Shown: positions 20,969 through 31,612, numbered from the stretch's first letter. The stretch: DNA of 64,000 nucleotides from an uncultured delta proteobacterium (GCA_963733195.1 CAVTCR010000059.1:1-64000), one strand, 5' to 3'. A program made the numbers and translations. The notes: a model not told the origin generated them from the sequence alone.

Positions 20969-21901
20969 TTACTCTGGCTCTCCGCCTGAGCCACGTTGTA
21001 GCTTTTCAGCTTCTTTTTCTAATGCACGCTGTTCAGGGCTTTGCTTCGGGGGCCCTTGTTCTTCACTTCCAGGAGGATGAACGCTCAATAGGCGGTCTTC
21101 TCCTTCTTGTTTTTTGAGTTCTGTGACAAGGGCAAGTAATGGGTCAATCTCTGGAGGTGGCGCTTTCTCTGTTTGATCTGCAGTTAATTGGTCAGGTTTC
21201 GGCTTAGCGGTTTGCCGGATGGCGAGGGCCTTACCAGCGAGGTCAGCGAGATCTTTCCGGTCAATATCTTCGAGAACTTCTTGGAGATCCCTCAGTGCTT
21301 TGGTGGCAGCATCCGTCTCTGGATACTCTTCTATAACTCGACGTAGCCGCGCTTTCGCTGGGAGGAGAGCGTAGCGCTTCATATGAAATTCTGCGACATA
21401 CAGTTCATGCTCAGCTAACGACTCACGACACGAGCGGCTCTTTTCTTCTGCTAAGAGCGCAAACGAACTTGAACCGTAACGATCGGACACCGCACGAAAG
21501 AAATCATTGGCCTTCTCTGTTACACTCTGGTCGCGATCAATAGAGCGCATTTGGTCGAGATACGACATACCTCGATAATACTGTACGAACGGAAGATGTG
21601 TACTGGTTGGGTAGGTACGCTCGAAATCGCTAAATCCCGAGAGTGCATCAGCATACTTCTTGTCGAGATAGCGTCCGTACGAAATTTTGAGCTGTGCCTC
21701 CTCAGCATATGGATTCAACGGGTATTGATCGAGTAAATCCTGATACTTTTCTGTGGCCGTGACGAAATCTTCTTTAGTAAAGGCTTCGTTACCCTCGGTA
21801 TAGTACTCCTTGGCTGAAAGCCGCCGTACGGTTCCCGAGCATCCGCTCAGGCTTATCAACAGGACTAACCCATAGAGAAAAAATACAACTCGTCTTATCA
21901 T
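20969..21901 (-). CDS. bamD: Outer membrane protein assembly lipoprotein BamD
   Basis: Lipobox LSGC, TPR-like repeats, RDQS, LAEHELYVAEF. Confidence 0.85.
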   Translation of the reverse strand: MIRRVVFFLYGLVLLISLSGCSGTVRRLSAKEYYTEGNEAFTKEDFVTATEKYQDLLDQYPLNPYAEEAQLKISYGRYLDKKYADALSGFSDFERTYPTSTHLPFVQYYRGMSYLDQMRSIDRDQSVTEKANDFFRAVSDRYGSSSFALLAEEKSRSCRESLAEHELYVAEFHMKRYALLPAKARLRRVIEEYPETDAATKALRDLQEVLEDIDRKDLADLAGKALAIRQTAKPKPDQLTADQTEKAPPPEIDPLLALVTELKKQEGEDRLLSVHPPGSEEQGPPKQSPEQRALEKEAEKLQRGSGGEPE

Positions 21902-21909
21902 CGTTCATT

Positions 21910-21939
21910 ACGCTAAAGGATTTTTTCAGGAGTTGTCAA
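21910..21939 (-). promoter_or_regulatory. Putative sigma70 promoter of bamD
   Basis: Minus strand TTGACA-N18-TAGCGT just upstream of the ATG. Confidence 0.45.
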
Positions 21940-21969
21940 CGTCCCAAGTCCCTCTTTGCCCGACTCGTT

Positions 21970-22067
21970 AGTCTTGGCACGTACTGGCCAGAGACCTTGC
22001 CTGGAGAAGCGGAAGAGGTCAAGCCAGTTCCCGCTTCGATGGAGGTTACTTTCGTGGGGCCAAGACT
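21970..22067. ncRNA. Candidate structured RNA (unassigned, possible pseudoknot)
   Basis: Nested helices: 21970-78/22059-67, 21983-88/22023-28 and 21993-98/22015-20. Loop GAAGCGG 22006-12 is complementary to CCGCTTC 22031-37. Confidence 0.35.
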
Positions 22068-22130
22068 GTCCCAATTCCCCTCGGCATTGTCCCGTATCCT
22101 GCCTTGTGGTACCTCAGGGCGAGACACAAA

Positions 22131-22899
22131 ATGTGGGACAATACACGACTTGTCGTTTTCACTGCCATCTGTGCGTCGCTCTACGCAGCGATCCTCATCC
22201 CTTTTAAAGTTATTCCCATTATTCCTGGTGTTACTGAGTTACGGCCTGCCAACGCTGTCCCAGTGATTTGTTCGTTTCTCTTCGGCCCTGCCGCGGCGTG
22301 GGGCGCAGCCATCGGCAATGTGATTGGCGATTTCTTCGGTGGGATTGGCCCAGGGGATTTATTCGGGTTCTTTGGTAATTTTCTGTACGGGACTGTACCG
22401 TACAAAACGTGGCAACTCGTCTCACGGGACCAGCCGGTTCCCAAAACTCCACTTGTCTGGGTGAAGTTTACGTTCACGGTAGTCGTTGGCAAGTGCGCTG
22501 TGCGCGCTCTTTATTGGTTGGGGACTGAATCTCTTGGGGTTCGTTCCCTTTTCGCATCCTCAGCAACATCATCCTGTTTAATAACTTCGTTTCCTCGATG
22601 TTTTTGCTCCGCTTCTTCTGGCCGTTATTTATCCCCGCGTTGCTAAAGGCCGTTTGTTGTACTCTGATCTCCTTGAACCCCGACCTCCCAAGCCACGGAT
22701 GATACGACTGTTTGGATTGGGACTGCTCACGTGTGCAACTATCAGTGGACTCATCGCAGGGAACCTCCTCTCAAGCGGAAGCTGGACTCCTACTCTGTTT
22801 GTGACTCTTGGGTGGGTGACGGAAACAAAAGCGATCGAAGTAGGAGTCGGGTTGCTGCCGTTCATCGTGCTCGCTTGCATAGGATTGGCACTGTTGTGA
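22131..22899 (+). CDS. QueT-family ECF transporter S component (frameshifted)
   Basis: TAICASLYAA, PIIPGVTELRPANAVPVICSFLFGPAAAWGAAIGNVIGDF; GTGA-coupled to the ECF ATPase. Confidence 0.8.
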
Positions 22900-24638
22900 G
22901 TCCAGAGTCTAGAGTCCAGAGTCTAGAGTCCAAACGGGAAGGACAGCGGCCAGACTCCTCGCTTGCGGAGGAAGCGCTCGCTCTCGATCATGTTTCCTTT
23001 ACCTACGCTGACTCGATCGCACCAGCATTACGGGATGTCTCTTTCCAGATCCGCCAGGGAGAGATGGTAGTGATTATGGGTGCCTCCGGGGCTGGGAAAT
23101 CGACGCTGGTGAAATGTTTGAATCGCGTGATTCCTGCTTTTCAGAACGGTCAGTTTGTTGGGGAAGTGCGCGTGTTCGGTAAACGTTTGACGGTGGAAAA
23201 AGTAGGAGAATTAGCCCAAACAATCGGCATGGTTTTTCAGGACTTCGAGGCACAACTCTTTTCTACGACAGTCCGCGACGAAGTGGCCTTTGGGCTAGAG
23301 CAACTCGGGGTCGAACCAACTGAGATGTATCCTCGCTTGACTGAATCGCTCGCCCAGGTTGGGTTGTCGGGATTTGAAGGTCGCGACCCCACGACCTTGT
23401 CTGGCGGGCAGAAGCAACGTTTAGCAATCGCTGCGCTGTTAGCATTACGCCCACGTATCCTCGTTTTTGATGAACCGACAACGGACTTAGACCCGGAGGG
23501 ACGGCAAGAAATTTTTGCCTTGCTCGGGCAGATGCGTAAACAGGGGCATACTCTGGTTGTAGTAGAACATGAAGTGACAGCCGCGCTGGTAGCTGATCGT
23601 CTGCTGATTCTGGCCGATGGTGAAGTAGTAGCTGATGGCCCGCCTCTTGAGCTTTTGCCACGAGTAGACATGCTCGAACGCTACGGCGTCAAGCCTCATG
23701 ACTGCGATCGACTCTTTCCTGTACTCGGCGTGCACGAGTATCCACGGGATGCGGCTGCGGCAGCAGCCCTACTGCAAAAAAACCTGCCTGCCGCGCCGTT
23801 GGCCATTTCTGCGGCAGCAAAGAATGACCGTCAGCAGAAAACCTCGCTCCTCTCATTACATACTATCTCGCATACGTATGCTGAGGGTCCAGCGGCGGTA
23901 CGAAACGTGTCGCTCACTATTGGTGCAGGAGAATTTATCGCCCTGCTGGGGAAAAACGGGTCAGGGAAAACTACGTTAGCGAAACATATGAGTGGGTTGC
24001 TCGAACCCACGCATGGTCAGGTGCTTTTACGCAATCAAGAACTCGGCACTCTTCCGCTTGTACAGGTAGCGCAAGAAGTCAGTTACGTTTTCCAGAACCC
24101 TGACCATCAGTTGTTTGCTGAGACAGTGGAAGCAGAGGTTGCCTTCGGACCTCGGAATATCAGCCTTTCATCGGAGGAAATCCAGTTACGTGTGAACGAA
24201 GCTTTAGCGGCAGTGGGCTTACAGCATGTGCGCGAGCATGATCCGTTTCTCCTTGGCCGCGGAGAACGGCAACGCCTAGCGGTTGCTGCATTGCTAGCGA
24301 TGCGTCCACGTGTCCTAATTCTTGATGAGCCAACGACTGGCCTCGATTATCGAGAGCAACGACAAATGATGGAGCTACTCAAACAGCTGCATCGCGAAGG
24401 ACGGACGATCATTATTATTACGCACGCGCCTTGGGTTGCTGTCGAATACGCAGAACGCGCCCTGTTAATGTCCGACGGGCGTCTACTATGGGATGGTTCT
24501 ATGCGCGAAATGTGTGCCCAGTCTGAACTCTGTGCACAGGCAGCGTTTCGACCACCGGACATTACGTTAATAGGAGCACAACTAGGAGTGACACCATTGT
24601 CGGTTGACGAATTGCTTGCGTGGATTCGCCGTTCGTAG
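22896..24638 (+). CDS. ECF transporter ATPase with duplicated ABC domains (A-A')
   Basis: GASGAGKST/LSGGQKQR/DEPT and GKNGSGKTT/FQNPDHQ/LGRGERQR/DEPT. Confidence 0.92.
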   Translation: MSPESRVQSLESKREGQRPDSSLAEEALALDHVSFTYADSIAPALRDVSFQIRQGEMVVIMGASGAGKSTLVKCLNRVIPAFQNGQFVGEVRVFGKRLTVEKVGELAQTIGMVFQDFEAQLFSTTVRDEVAFGLEQLGVEPTEMYPRLTESLAQVGLSGFEGRDPTTLSGGQKQRLAIAALLALRPRILVFDEPTTDLDPEGRQEIFALLGQMRKQGHTLVVVEHEVTAALVADRLLILADGEVVADGPPLELLPRVDMLERYGVKPHDCDRLFPVLGVHEYPRDAAAAAALLQKNLPAAPLAISAAAKNDRQQKTSLLSLHTISHTYAEGPAAVRNVSLTIGAGEFIALLGKNGSGKTTLAKHMSGLLEPTHGQVLLRNQELGTLPLVQVAQEVSYVFQNPDHQLFAETVEAEVAFGPRNISLSSEEIQLRVNEALAAVGLQHVREHDPFLLGRGERQRLAVAALLAMRPRVLILDEPTTGLDYREQRQMMELLKQLHREGRTIIIITHAPWVAVEYAERALLMSDGRLLWDGSMREMCAQSELCAQAAFRPPDITLIGAQLGVTPLSVDELLAWIRRS

Positions 24639-24691
24639 CAAGGTTATTATGCCTGTATTTCCTCTTTTCTCCCTGGCGAGGAAACAAGAGG

Positions 24692-25105
24692 CTAAAGTTT
24701 CAACAGCGTGGTAAATCCCATCTGCTCAAAGTGATGGTCGCTGGTGAATGCATCCACCATGTTCATCTGCTTCATGACTACAAACGAGGTGCAATCGGTA
24801 AAAGAAAACTCTTTGTCAGCGTACTGTTTGAAAAGCTGCCACGTTTCTTCTTGCAGTTCCTCGGTAATATGCACGATATGGACCGCCTTACTGTTCCGGA
24901 GTCGTTCGCCAAAATCGACCGCAGCAAAATGTCCTACTTTCATACGCAAACCTGTATACGTCTCATCCAGCACAAAGTTGGTGGTGACATAGTGGCGCCC
25001 GCTGCGAAGGAGGCTTTTATTGATATCGACTGCCGCTCTGTGCAATTGATCTCGCTTACTGTTCAGGGCAATCCAGCCGTTCGCATCAGCAAACACCCAG
25101 TTCAT
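24692..25105 (-). CDS. PIN-domain (VapC-like) toxin
   Basis: VFADANGWIAL, TTNFVLDETYT, FSFTDCTSF, AFTSDHHF. Confidence 0.9.
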   Translation of the reverse strand: MNWVFADANGWIALNSKRDQLHRAAVDINKSLLRSGRHYVTTNFVLDETYTGLRMKVGHFAAVDFGERLRNSKAVHIVHITEELQEETWQLFKQYADKEFSFTDCTSFVVMKQMNMVDAFTSDHHFEQMGFTTLLKL

Positions 25106-25347
25106 TACTGCACCTTCTTACCATACAGATAGTGATCAAGATTGATCGAGAGATCCGCGGGAGCCTCGGATTCGTACCCTTCCATCTGAAAGACTGCATC
25201 TTGGGTAACATCAAATGGCTCTTCGCTCTCCGGTAATTGCACGATCCAATCATGAATGAGGGCTTGGATTGATTTGCCAGTACGTTTGGCGGCTTGCTCT
25301 AATCGCTGATAATGAACCTCTGCCAATTGGATCGTAACTGTCGTCAT
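25105..25347 (-). CDS. Putative antitoxin
   Basis: RHH-like N-terminus and DLSINLDHYLYG C-terminus. Its ATG overlaps the cyclase gene stop (ATGA). Confidence 0.75.
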   Translation of the reverse strand: MTTVTIQLAEVHYQRLEQAAKRTGKSIQALIHDWIVQLPESEEPFDVTQDAVFQMEGYESEAPADLSINLDHYLYGKKVQ

Positions 25348-28300
25348 GTTGATGCTCCCTTCGTACGATGCTTCAAATCTTCCAACAACACCTTCGCCTC
25401 TTGCAAGTCCTTCGTGTCAAACCCCTCAGTGAACCAGTTGTAAACCTCTGATAACATCTGGTGAGCTTCGTTGAGCCTGATGCCTGGTACGTGTTGCGTG
25501 GTACGTGATGCGGACTGCGTTGCTTGCTGTTGTCGTAGTCGTACCAGGCTCATCGTTGCACGTAGTTCGAGTGATTTAGCTTGCTGCTTGCGCGCTATTT
25601 CAATAGCCTTCAAAAAATACTCTTCCGCTTCCTCTTCGACTTTAGACTTTGAACCTTGGACTTTGGACTGTTGAAGCGTAAGCATTCCTTTCAGCCGATA
25701 CAGCTCCGCCTCGTAAAACCGCTCCCCGGTTTTATCGATCACAGCCAGTGCTTCGGCCAGCGCGCTGAGCCCTTCCTCCGCTTGTCTTGCTTTCCCGTAT
25801 GCCTCGGCTAGTAGAGCAAGAAAGTACGACCGTGAATAGCTCTGCCCCTGTGGCCTGGTAGGCGGCCAGGCCTGGCGTATCTGGGTAATTCCCTCTTCTC
25901 TCTGTCCCTGCTCGGCGAGCGCCCAGCCCCGCAAGACAGCCCCATGCCGCTAAAAGAGTGGAAATCCCTGTTCGCTCGAGAGCGTAATCACTGCCTCCGC
26001 CCGCTCTTGGGTCTAGTGCTCTCTCCCGGCGGAACTGATGAGACACGGCAGCAAAACATAGGGCAAAAGCCAAGCTGAAGGGATGAGACAGCTCCTGGGC
26101 CAGGGTAAGCGCCTCATGGCTCTTCTTGAGGCCTGGTCTGGATAGCCAAGAAGCCACAGGGCCCTGGCTGCCATGGAAGCAGGCTCACCCCGGGGTCCTG
26201 TCCGTAAAGGAAAGCATGGGAGTGGTGCGCTGGGGGTCGTAGAGGGTAAGCCTTGCTCCAGATGTTCTTGGGCTAGCGCGAACTCTCCCAAGATGGAACA
26301 AGATACTTCCCAGCGCCAAGTGGGCCTCCATGAGAAGAGCCGGGTCTTGCTCCTTCTGGGCCAGGCCGAGGAGTTGCTCCCCCAGCTCGCGCGCCGTCTG
26401 GAACTCGCCCCGCACATGATAAAATGCCACAATCCCCATAGCACCGGGAAGAGCTGAGGGGTCTCACCCACCTGCTGGCACAGCTCCCGGGCCCGGGTGT
26501 AGACTCGCTCCACTTCCGGAGCGGCAAAGCCTTTGGTGGCCATGAGCGGCGCGCCCAGGGTAGATTTGTAAGTGCGAGTTCTTGCTGGGCGCGCTCGGGG
26601 GTATCCGGCAAAGTTTTGAGCAATCTAAGGCAGTCAGTCAAATGCGTGATCGCTTCCTCATTGGCCGAGCGCTGTACGGCCTGTTGTCCCGCCAAGCTGC
26701 AGATAGTCGATCGCTTTCTGCGTGTTCCCACTGCGACTGTAGTGATAGGCTAACTCGCTGTAATGGTCGTCAAGGCGAGAACGGTACACCTCTTCCATCG
26801 CTTGCGCGGTACGCTCATGCAAAACTTTACGCCGTTCCATCAGTACCGAGTTGTACGCTACTTCTTGCGTCAGTGCATGCTTGAAGATGTACTCTACATC
26901 GGGGAAAGCGGGTTGCTCGTAGACAAACTCTGCTGCTTGTAAGCGTGCGAGTAAGCGGTGCAGGTCGGCTTCTGGTTGGGTGACGACTTTGCTGCAGCAG
27001 GCTCGCCGCAAACTCGCGCCCGATCACTGCCAGGGTTTGGAGTAAGGCTTTCTCTTCTGCTGGCAGGCGATCCATGCGGCGGTCAGCACGCCTTGCACGG
27101 TGGTGGGGAGACGGAGGTCAGCATACCGGTGGGCGGTGCCCACCCTACGCGGATCGGTCAACACTCCTTGTTCGCGTAACTCCTGCACGATCTCTTCCAT
27201 GAAGAAGGGGTTGCCTTCGGTCTTGTCGAGGATGAGCTGTCGTAGGGGCACAGCATGCTGCGTCCCTACATCGCCCAAGTAGCGCCGTCAACATCTCCTC
27301 TGCTTGTTCTCTTCCCAACGGATCAAGTCGGAGCTGCGAGAAGTAGGTCTTGCCACTCCAGTTGTGTTGATACTCAGGCCGGTAATTCACCAGCAAAAGG
27401 ATGCGGGTGGTCGCTACACTCTCACTCAAAAGTTGTAGGAATGCCTGGGTCTCGTTGTCTAACCAGTGCAAGTCCTCAAAAATGATCAGTAGCGGCTGAT
27501 TGCGACTCTCACGTAAAAGTAGCCGTTTGATCGCGTCGAGAATCCGTTGCCGTCGAATCTGGCCGTCCATCTGCTGTAACGGGGAGGTAGGCTCAGCAAT
27601 TCCCAACAAGAAAAATAGATAGGGCAGAGTGTCTTCTAATCCCCGATCCAGCGTTAAGACTTTGCCGGTAATCTTCTCTCGGCGTCGGCGTTCGTCATCC
27701 TGGGTTGTCAGTTGGAAATAGTTCTTGAGCAAATCAATCAATGGCAAATAGGGATAGGCTTTTCCATGTGAAACTGAGAAGGTCTCTAACCGCAAGAGTA
27801 GGGGCGTATTGCAATACGCCCCTACAAATTCATGAAACAACCGCGACTTGCCGACTCCCGGTTCACCCATCACCGCTGCGATTTGTCCGTGCCCGGCCTT
27901 GGCCTGTTCCCAGACATGCTGTAACTGCTCAAGTTCACTCTGTCGCCCAATAAACCGCGCGAGCCCGCGTCGCACGGACAATTGTAGCTTGGTGCGTAAC
28001 GGCCCGACGCCCTCGACCTCATAGATATTGAGCGGCTCAGTGAACCCTTTGACCTGTGCTTGTCCTAACGACTTGAACGCGAAATAGCCTTCTGTGAGTT
28101 TGTAGGTCTGTTCGCTGACCAGAATCGAGCCTGGAGTGGCTAAACTCTCCATCCGTGAGGCTAGGTTGGTCGATTGGCCCACTGGTACGTAGTCGGTATG
28201 CAGATCATCCTTACGAATCGAGCGCAGTACTACTTCGCCGGTGTTGATGCCCACGCGAATCTGTACGTTCACGCCCTTTTCGCGCCGCAACTGCTCAGCT

Positions 28301-28935
28301 CGTTTGCGATTCTCCTCTTGCATCAGCAGCGCCGCATACAGTGCGCGTTGGGGATGATCCTCGTGGGCAATGGGCGCGCCGAACAGCGCGAAGATACCAT
28401 CGCCTAGCGCTTGCGCGACATAGCCTTCATAGCGATGTACCGCATCCATCATCAGTTGCAAGGTAGGATCGATAATAGTCCGTGCTTCTTCGGGGTCGAG
28501 ATCTGCTATGAGATCCGTCGAGCCTTTGATGTCAGCAAACAGTGCAGTGATGGTTTTGCGTTCACCATCCACATTGCCTCGCGCTTCCATCGCTTCGCGC
28601 TCGGCTTGAATCCGTTCCGCCAAGTGCGCAGGCGTGTAGCTGACCGGCTTAGGGTCTGGCGTCTGAGCCTTTTGACTTTGGACCTTGGTCTCTGGGTCTT
28701 GGACCTGTGTTGACCCTGGATTCTGGACGCTAGACGCTAGACTGTCCCTGCTCGTCCAAACTAGAAATCGTCCGTCTTCATCCGCAGCGATCCGTTTGGC
28801 GCCAATGAGTTCTTCCTTGAGATCTTCTATATACTCGTCATCCAGAGCAAAGCGTCGCTTTAAGCCGCGATAGGAGACGCGCTGCTCACGTTGCAGCAGC
28901 TCTTGGACCTGCGCGAGGATTTCATCAAAGGTCAT
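25344..28935 (-). CDS. Class III adenylate/guanylate cyclase + AAA (STAND) ATPase + TPR protein (multiple frameshifts)
   Basis: ITALFADIKGST, GDGIFALFGAP, RVGINTG, GEPGVGKSRL, FEDLHWLD, TEGNPFF, FKHALTQEVAY, and C-terminal ELRATMSL...[17 protein letters not shown]. Confidence 0.9.
27128..27148 (-). repeat. GTAG-type REP inside the CDS
   Basis: GTAGGGTGGGCACCGCCCACC, translated as VGTAH. Confidence 0.7.
27242..27269. repeat. GTAG-type REP palindrome inside the CDS
   Basis: GTAGGGGCACAGCATGCTGCGTCCCTAC, translated as VGTQHAVPL. Confidence 0.75.
27798..27825. repeat. Perfect 28-bp GTAG-type REP palindrome inside the CDS
   Basis: GTAGGGGCGTATTGCAATACGCCCCTAC, translated as VGAYCNTPL. Confidence 0.85.
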
Positions 28936-29074
28936 GGTCAGTCCTCACTATCAGTCTACCGGCTCAATCGCTAGAGGAATCAGTTCCAGGCTGCACTCAG
29001 AAACGACTCCTGACAGTTTACTGTCATCGTGCTAAACGAAGCGACACAGCGGATATTTTTATGCTCGTAGGAGA

Positions 29075-29390
29075 GTAGTCAGTCAATGTAATTTTGCGTG
29101 ATCGCGGTTCGTCATGCCAGCGTAAGCTGGCATCCAGGTGCAAGAGGCACTAGCCTGGAGTTATGCCTCCTGGATTCCCGCTTTCGCGGGAATGACGTTC
29201 CTCGGCTATCCATAAAAACTTTCCTGACTGAGTAGTAGTGTTCCGACGCAGTAATTCTGATGGGTACAAAAGATGAGATTCGGATGAGATTGCTTCGCTA
29301 CGCTCGCAATGACAGGGCGGGATGTCATTGCGAGGAACGGAGAGACGAAGCAATCTCTGCCCCGCAAATTTATTGCGGTAGATCAGTAGT
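29075..29390. repeat. Two adjacent REP-doublet/MITE-like elements
   Basis: CGTCATGCCAGCGTAAGCTGGCATCCAGG ... CCTGGATTCCCGCTTTCGCGGGAATGACG, then GAGATTGCTTCG...CTCGCAATGAC ... GTCATTGCGAGG...CGAAGCAATCTC. Confidence 0.75.
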
Positions 29391-29434
29391 CTCGTCGTTT
29401 TGCATTCTACATTCTTAATTTTTCATTATTTTCT

Positions 29435-30224
29435 ATGCCGCTGTTTCTCTATCTTGACCGTCGTACCTTTGTGCATCAGCGTCACCCACTGGTCAAAGTA
29501 TTGGGGTTGCTGCTCTTCTTTATTGCTGCATTCGTGGTTGATCACCCGTTGTTCATTTTGCCGATCAGTCTCGGTGTTTTCGCCTTAATCTGGCTTACTG
29601 ATTCAGTTTCAAACTTGCGTCGCCTGCGAATCCTTTTCTTCTTTATTTTTACTTTTACGATCATCATCTGGAGTGTGTTTTACGGTCGTGGATCGCCGCT
29701 TGCTGCGTTTCCTTCTCTTCCGGTAACTGGTGAGGGAATACTCTTCGGTTTCGGGACCGCGATGAAACTCAGCACCTTCCTTGCCACCGGAATCCTCTTT
29801 TTGTCTACCACACGTATTGAAGAGTTTACCTATGCCTTTACGTTGCTGGGGCTTCCGTATCGGATTGGTTTTACCATCACTTTAGCGTTTCGTTTGGTGC
29901 CACTCTTTCTTGATGCCGCATTCACGGTGATCCAAGCACAGCGCTGTCGCGGGCTCGATATCAGTCGTGGACCACTACTGGAGCGTTTGCGCCGTTATGT
30001 CTTTGTCATGATTCCGGTATTCATGGGAGCACTGCGACGGGCGGACCAGATGGCGGTGGCGCTTGAGGTGCGAGGGTTTAATTCCGGTCGGCCACGCACG
30101 TCCTATCAGCGCATGTCGTGGAACGGGGGAGACACGCTTAGCCCTTTTGGTCGTATTCAGCATAGCCGTCTTGTATCTGTGTTTCTGGCGGCTTGGCTAT
30201 GGCCGGATTGCTGTCATGCCGTAG
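29435..30224 (+). CDS. ECF transporter T component (C-terminal frameshift)
   Basis: HPLVK, LAFRLVP, AQRCRG, ALEVRGF (conserved Arg motifs). Confidence 0.9.
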
Positions 30225-30300
30225 TGGTTGCGGACTGCCAGGAGAGCCATTAAGATTACGCGAACTTCCTCAGTGATTGACTGGTAAAGGCAGGAGATTT

Positions 30301-31551
30301 ATGGACCGCGAGCGACGTCGTGTTGTTATTACCGGGGTGGGGGTAGTCAGTCCGCTTGGAACTGGAGTCGAGAAGAATTGGCAGGCGTTGATGGAGGGCC
30401 GTTCCGGCATTGGTCTGATAACGCGCTTCGATGTCTCTGACTTTCCCACGCGTATTGCCGGTGAGGTTAAAGACTTTACGCCGGAAGATTTCATGGAGAA
30501 GAAAGATGTGAAGAAGATGGACCCGTTCATCCAATACGCCGTGGCCGCCGCGAAAATGGCGATGGATGAATCCCGTCTGCCCATCACGTCGGAGAACGAA
30601 GATATGGTCGGCGTCATCGTTGGCGTCGGTATCGGTGGTCTCACGAGCATTGAGGAGTATCATAAGGTTTTTCTCGACACCCGATTAAAGAAGGTCTCTC
30701 CCTTCTTTATTCCTAAGCTCATTGCCAATCTTGCTCCTGGCCAAATTTCTATTCGTTATGGTGCAAAAGGGATTAGCTATACACCGACGAGCGCGTGTTC
30801 TTCCGGAGCACATGCGATCGGCGAAGCCTTCCGCTTGATTCGCTTAGGAGAACAAGATGCAGTGATTGCTGGTGGCGCAGAGGCAGCACTCACGCCGCTT
30901 GGGCTTGGTGGGTTCATCGCATTGAAAGCGGTATCATCGCGGAACGACGAACCAGAAAAAGCAAGTCGCCCGTTTGATAAAAACCGTGATGGCTTTGTCA
31001 TGTCAGAAGGAGCTGGAGTAGTCATACTTGAAGAACTTGGCATGGCGAAGCGTCGCGGCGCGAAGATTTACGCCGAGGTGGTCGGATATGGGGCAAACAG
31101 CGACGCCTATCACATGACGGCCCCATCTCCAGAAGGGGAAGGGGCTACGCGATGCATACGTCTGGCGTTACGGAGTGGAGAGATTGATCCTTTCGAAGTG
31201 GACTATATCAATGCCCACGGCACTTCGACCCCGTATAACGATGCGACTGAGACGCAGGCTATCAAGCGCGTCTTTGGTGAGCACGCGGCCCGCATCGCAG
31301 TCAGTTCGACAAAGTCGATGACTGGCCATTTGCTTGGTGCGGCTGGTGGGGTAGAAGCCGTCTATTCAGTACTTGCGGTAGATCGTGGGATGCTTCCGCC
31401 GACTATCAACTATGAGGAACCAGATCCAGAATGTGATCTCGATTACGTGCCGAATACCGCTCGTCAGGCATCAATTCGCGTAGCGTTATCGAACTCGTTT
31501 GGTTTTGGCGGCACGAATGTCTGTTTGGCTTTTCGGAAATGGACCGAATAA
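30301..31551 (+). CDS. fabF: Beta-ketoacyl-ACP synthase II
   Basis: [44 protein letters not shown]. Confidence 0.95.
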   Translation: MDRERRRVVITGVGVVSPLGTGVEKNWQALMEGRSGIGLITRFDVSDFPTRIAGEVKDFTPEDFMEKKDVKKMDPFIQYAVAAAKMAMDESRLPITSENEDMVGVIVGVGIGGLTSIEEYHKVFLDTRLKKVSPFFIPKLIANLAPGQISIRYGAKGISYTPTSACSSGAHAIGEAFRLIRLGEQDAVIAGGAEAALTPLGLGGFIALKAVSSRNDEPEKASRPFDKNRDGFVMSEGAGVVILEELGMAKRRGAKIYAEVVGYGANSDAYHMTAPSPEGEGATRCIRLALRSGEIDPFEVDYINAHGTSTPYNDATETQAIKRVFGEHAARIAVSSTKSMTGHLLGAAGGVEAVYSVLAVDRGMLPPTINYEEPDPECDLDYVPNTARQASIRVALSNSFGFGGTNVCLAFRKWTE

Positions 31552-31612
31552 CCGCTCACCCCTGACGGTCTAGCTTTTCCGACATTACCGATAAAACAGA
31601 AAGGGCTTGCGC

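Noticed and set aside
21984-22001. Cobalamin riboswitch B12-box (GCCAGAGACCTTGCC)
   Set aside because: The upstream conserved core (GGGAA, GGTG-AA-TCC, CCCC-ACTGT) is absent.
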